Below, piece after piece: positions 59,110 through 64,000 of a DNA stretch of 64,000 bases. A program made the translations under genes and the position numbers. The first letter of the stretch is position 1, and the number at the start of each line of letters is the position of its first letter. The DNA comes from Octopus vulgaris (lineage: Eukaryota), in contig OX597827.1 of the NCBI GenBank assembly GCA_951406725.2, forward strand, positions 53,506,001 to 53,570,000, given 5' to 3'. Under the pieces are notes generated by a model. That model searched no databases. It saw nothing but the letters and a program-made list of their open reading frames with translations, and was not told the origin of the DNA.

Positions 59110-61433
59110 ATTAGGTTTTGTAGGAACTCCTGGAATCTTGCATGTGTAGCGGCTTACTGCCTGCAGCCCACAAAATATACTTGCTATTTGTTCTTTCAAC
59201 TATCTAATACTTAACTGATTGTGCTGGCTGTGCCAAGGAAGCAAACTTTTTGTAACAGTTCTACTGAATAATCTATTCCGATTTCCTTTATATTCCTCTT
59301 GATGCCTTCTGATACTGTCCTCGAGGACCCAACAGTAATTAGCACAGCCTGCACCTTCTTTATTTTCTATAGCCGGGCTATTTCGTACTTAAAAGGGTTG
59401 TATTTACCTATGTTTACGTCTTCTTTCTTGACTTTATTCGTGGGTCAAAGAGGCACGCAACATCAACTATATAACACATGTAGTGCATCTTGCCCACCTC
59501 CTCTAGGTCCGGTTTGTTACGCTCTAGCTCCTGATCTGTTTTGATTGGGAAATCCCAGAGGATTTTGCAAGTCTCCAGCTTCGCCACTCTCTGCGGTTTG
59601 TGCTCATCTTACTTCTTGCCTCTCCCTATCCCCCACTCTTCACATAGTTTCCATCGTAGCACTTTCGCTACCTCATCGTGTCGCCACAACTTGTAAGCAG
59701 TTTTGGGAAAGTCTAGGGCATTCGTTTGTGATATGGACAATCGTTTCATCCACTCTATTACAGATGTGACATAGCGGAAACTCTTGCCCATTCCCAAAGT
59801 TGACCCTCCAGTTCATGGCCAAAGCTTGGCCTTCCACCGCCAGTATAGTGCTCTTGGTCTTTTTTTGTTCAGTATTCTTTTACTCAGCCAATCCCGCTAA
59901 TGTTTCCCAACATCTGCAGTGGCAATATGAAATTGATTGTATAATCCATTGTTGTTGCGTGATGCTTCTTCATGCCTTCTTTATACTTCTTCCGTTGTTT
60001 TTCCTTTTTTCTCTGCTTTCAATACTTCCTTGTTCCTAACTGACACTAGCAAGGTTTCTTTATTTTGAGATAGGTATCTCATTAAACTCCCAATTTCGAT
60101 ACGTACGCAGTCTTCCACATTTGTCAGTCCGCTTTCTCCATTTGCTCACTTCGTGTAAAGGCGATCAGTGTCTGCACGTGGATGATGCGTTTCATGCATC
60201 GTTAGGAGCTTTCTTGTTTTCTTATCCAACACCTTTAGCTCCTCTATTCACTTCAGGATTCCAGCACCATACCAAAGTAATGGACCTGCGCGTGAGCTTA
60301 TTGCCGAAATTATGCTTTGAAGCCAATATTTTTCTCACTCACCGCAGGTACTCTTTCTTTTCTTTCATGCCGTGGTGTGTTATTCCATCTGCTTCAAGTA
60401 TCCCCAGGTATTTATAACTGGATTCAGGTTCAATTCCCTTCGTCATTTCACCACTTGGCATACATATGCCTTCTCTCCTGACAAGCTATCCTCGTCTCAT
60501 CACCATCCCAGCACATTTTGAACGTCGAAACTCCGTCTTGATATTCAAGAAAATCCGCACAGACTGGACTAGGCTGTCCAGTTCTGTCTCCCATTTTGTA
60601 TACAACTTCAAGTCATCCATGAATAGCAAGTGGTTTAGTCTTCCCTTTCCTCTTCCCATATCGTACCCCAACTTTGTCTTCTGTGGTATTTCACTCAAGG
60701 GGATCACTGGGGACACACTGTTCCCATGGAAAATTCCTCTCTTGATTTTCAGGTCTCCTATTACCTGATTCCCTACTGTTGATTCAGTTCTCCAGCATTT
60801 CATATTGTTCCATATAAGGTTTCTTATGTTTTCTGCAACTCCATATACTTCCGTGGCTTTTGTAATCCAGGAGTGTGGTATCATATCGTATGTTTTACGA
60901 TAGTCAGTCTATGCCATATTCAGGGTTGTGTATCTTCTCTTGTGGTTTCTGATAATTAGATTATCAATTAACAGCTGATCTTTCGTTTCCCGCTCTTCTT
61001 TCGACATCCTTTCTGTTTAATAGCTAGAAGCCCACTTTTTTCTAAGTATCTATACAGATCATTGGCCAGAGTACTTGACATAGTTCCCACATTAGCGGAA
61101 GATACGTTATTGGTTGAAAGTTGGATGCAATATTACCCTTTATCTGATCCTTGCCGCCTAACAATGTCTTTCCCTTTGTCATCCAGCTGGGTACTGCATC
61201 TTCTTTCAAGCACTCATCTAGGTGTTGCGCTATCCTTTCGTGTAGCCTGCGCAGCTTCTTCATTCAATAACCTTGCATCTCATTCGGTCCTGGGCTCTTC
61301 TAATTTAGATATTTCCTTAACTATTTTCTTTAGCATTTCTGTAGTTCTTTTTAAGTTCTCTTGGCCTTCTATTTTTCTTAACCAATCTTGGATTATTTGT
61401 CGGAGCTCCTGGAGTCTTGCATGCCTAGCGAGC

Positions 61434-61435
<2 letters not shown>
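59110..61435 (-). mobile_element. R4/Dong-type LINE copy C, RT to 3' end, degenerate
   Basis: WMTKGKT, DYRKTYDMIPHSWI, KRGIFHGNSVSP, LNHLLFMDDLKLY and RHDEVAKVLRWKLC. Confidence 0.9.
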
Positions 61436-61481
<46 letters not shown>

Positions 61482-61524
61482 CATTATTGCTCTTGTTGTT
61501 GTTGTTGTTGTTATTATTATTATT

Positions 61525-62548
61525 CTATGTTTGACTTTTGCTTTATATTTGTACAAGTTGGCTCCAAGTCTCACCCAGAGACCTCAAGAGACAACAGGTT
61601 GGAAGTTCATGTTGTTGTTATGCCTAGTGTGCCATATATTTTTTTCGGGGGGGGGGGGGGGTTGTACTAATGAATGTCTAAAAAAACAATTTTTTTTAAA
61701 AACCGAAAATTATGTTTGTTTTAAACCTTCAGATTACATAGAGTATTTTGCGTAGGATATGAGCAGTTACCATGAGCACTATCTTTTGAATTTCTGCCAT
61801 TTTTGGGTTTCCTGGTATCTGAGTTAGGTAGCAATCAGCCCCTTTTACTATCATTCCCAGGGCACCTATGACAACAGGTATTGTTTTAGTCTTCAGGCTC
61901 CACATTTTGCTAATTTCTATTTCAAGATCTTTATACTTGTTCAGTTTTTGGTAGGTCTTGACAGATACGTTTATATCGATTGGGACAGTCATATCAATGA
62001 GGAGACGTGATTTTTGTCTGAAGTCTTTCAATGTGATGTCTGGCCTATTTGCATCTATCTTTCTGTCAGTTTGAATGGTGAAGTTCCAGAGGAGTGAGAT
62101 GTGGTCATTTTCAAGCACTGGGAGTCGTTTGTGTTCCCACCAGTTTTTATCATGGGGCAAATCCAGGTTTTTGCAGATTATCCAGTGAATATATTGTGCA
62201 GCTCTATCGTGCCTGTTGAGATACTCTGTAGGCGCTAGAAGACTGCACTTGGAGACCACATGATCAATGGTTTCATTTTGTTGCTGGCATACACGACACG
62301 TTGGACTGCTTCTGATCTTTAATATGTTGGCCTGGTAGTTTCTTGTTGGTAGGCATTGATCTTGAGCTGCTATGATAAACCCCTCTGTTTCAGATTTTAA
62401 GCCAGAGGCCATTAGCCATTGATGGGTCAGGGCTTTGCTCTCTTTGGGTATTTGCCATAGAGAGGTTTTTCTTGCCATTTATCATTCAGAATATCTAAGG
62501 CCGCAGATTTAGCACGGGTTTTCATGCGCTTAGCTTTTTCTGTGCCTG
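61525..62548 (-). mobile_element. R4/Dong-type LINE copy D, zinc knuckle plus RLE endonuclease plus 3' UTR
   Basis: Open 249-aa frame with the CCHC motif CRVC..ETIDHVVSKC, RHD, and the PD-(D/E)xK motif NRPDI..LLIDMTVP..KLNKYKDL. Confidence 0.93.
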
Positions 62549-62599
<51 letters not shown>

Positions 62600-62601
<2 letters not shown>

Positions 62602-64000
62602 TTTTTTTTTCTTCTTTCAAATTTGCTTCCATTTCTTGCCGAGTGTCTTCCCGACTCCTAGGGCAAAGAAACTCATAGTATACATTGGTAGGCCATTAAA
62701 CCAAACTCAGTAGTTCGTTAATTTTTTTAAATTTTTTTTTTAAGTTAAATTAAAATACATGAGCAGCAACAGTTCTCACATCGACAATGCTCTTCTCAAT
62801 ACGTGTGATGTACCAGTTAAGACAATCTTTTGCACTTCTTGCAGGGATGGTAAGCCAGGGATCATTCTCATATAATTTTCGGTTCCCTTCTTGATCATTC
62901 CAAGTGCTCCTACGATCACTGGTATTGTAACCGCCTTGAGATGCCACATTTTCTCAATTTCAATGAGTAGGTCTTTATATTTTCTGAGCTTGTCAAACTC
63001 TTTCGCTGAGATATTATGATCACAGGGGATGCTCATGTCGATCAATAAGCAAACTTTATTGTTTTGGTCTTTCACAACAATATCTGGTTTATTGGCCTTG
63101 ATGGTTCGGTCTGTATGTACTGGAAAGTCCCACAGAATGGTTACATTTTCTCCTTCAGTTACAGCCTCAGGGTGGTGATTATACCACTTGTCGGCAGTTT
63201 TGATATTGTAATGCCGACACTCTGTCATGTTTTAATTTATACTCCACTGGTGCTAAGACTTTACATCCAGAGATTAGGTGGTCCACTGTTTCAATCATGT
63301 CGTTGCAGAATCGGCATTTTGGGTCTGCTCCATCTTTCATCACATTGGCCTGGTAGTTCCGGGTTAATAGGCTTTGATCTTGAGCAGCCAGGATGAAACC
63401 TTCGCTCTCTGCTTTTAGCCCTGAGCTCCGTAGCCACTGATGGGTTTGCTTCTGGTCAACATCAGCTTGTTTGCTGCGGGTCACATATTTGCCGTGCAGA
63501 GGTTTCTCCTCCCACCTATCAGCCAATTGCTCGTGCGCTTTTTTCATTGCCATCATTTTCACCTTCTTTGCAACAATAGTTGCCGTACTTCCCTCGGGTT
63601 GTTCAGTTTGGGTATCCTGCACGAGATCAATAGCAAATTTTTTGCTTTCCTTTATGATAGAATGAAGCTTCTTTCGTCTCTCGTGATTTTCCACGAGCTT
63701 TAGCATTCAGTCATTCGATATTTCGAGATATTTGGCCAGTCCAATTGTGGTTGTTTTGTAAGCTAGTTCAAATTGGATCAGGCCTCGACCTCCTTGGGCT
63801 CTGGGAAGGTAAAGGCGATCTACATCTGCCTTTGGGTGGTGCATCCTATTACAACTCAGCAGCTTGCGTATATTCTTTATATTCTTTACTTCGCTCATAT
63901 TCCAGTTCAACACATTGTAGCTATAAGTAACAACTGGAACTGCTAAGGAATTTATAGCTAACACCTTGTTACGTGCATTTAGTTCAGATTTCAGGACTGC
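62600..64000 (-). mobile_element. R4/Dong-type LINE copy E, runs off the window end
   Basis: HPKADVDRLYLPRAQGGRGL, CRFCNDMIETVDHLISGC and NKPDIVV..LLIDMSIP..KLRKYKDL. Confidence 0.93.

Overview
AT-rich, microsatellite-saturated eukaryotic DNA. The SINE and LINE repertoire most resembles an octopus (coleoid cephalopod) genome; this is an inference from repeat style. Nearly all ORF-track entries are translations of (TA)n, (CA)n or (AAT)n or are transposon debris. One real gene can be reconstructed by hand on the minus strand: 10 coding exons from 56069 down to 20884. All introns are GT-AG with consistent phases, giving 1374 nt and 457 aa. The predicted protein is secreted, with a signal peptide, two peritrophin-A/ChtBD2 chitin-binding modules, three reduced 4-Cys modules and a C-terminal laminin-G/ConA-like domain, i.e. 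a VWA-less Pif/BMSP-like (LamG3-type) molluscan matrix protein. The rest is transposable elements: CR1/L2-like, RTE, Tx1/L1-like and R4/Dong LINEs (a same-strand stack separated by (TAA)n), Penelope-like elements, Tc1/mariner relics, a non-autonomous Helitron, MITE-like fold-backs and tRNA-derived SINEs. The most notable non-coding signal is about ten type I hammerhead ribozyme motifs. One of them lies in a near-identical 434-nt non-coding tandem unit (retrozyme-like) whose inversion breakpoint falls within 1-5 nt of the predicted self-cleavage site. TE boundaries are approximate unless termini are stated.
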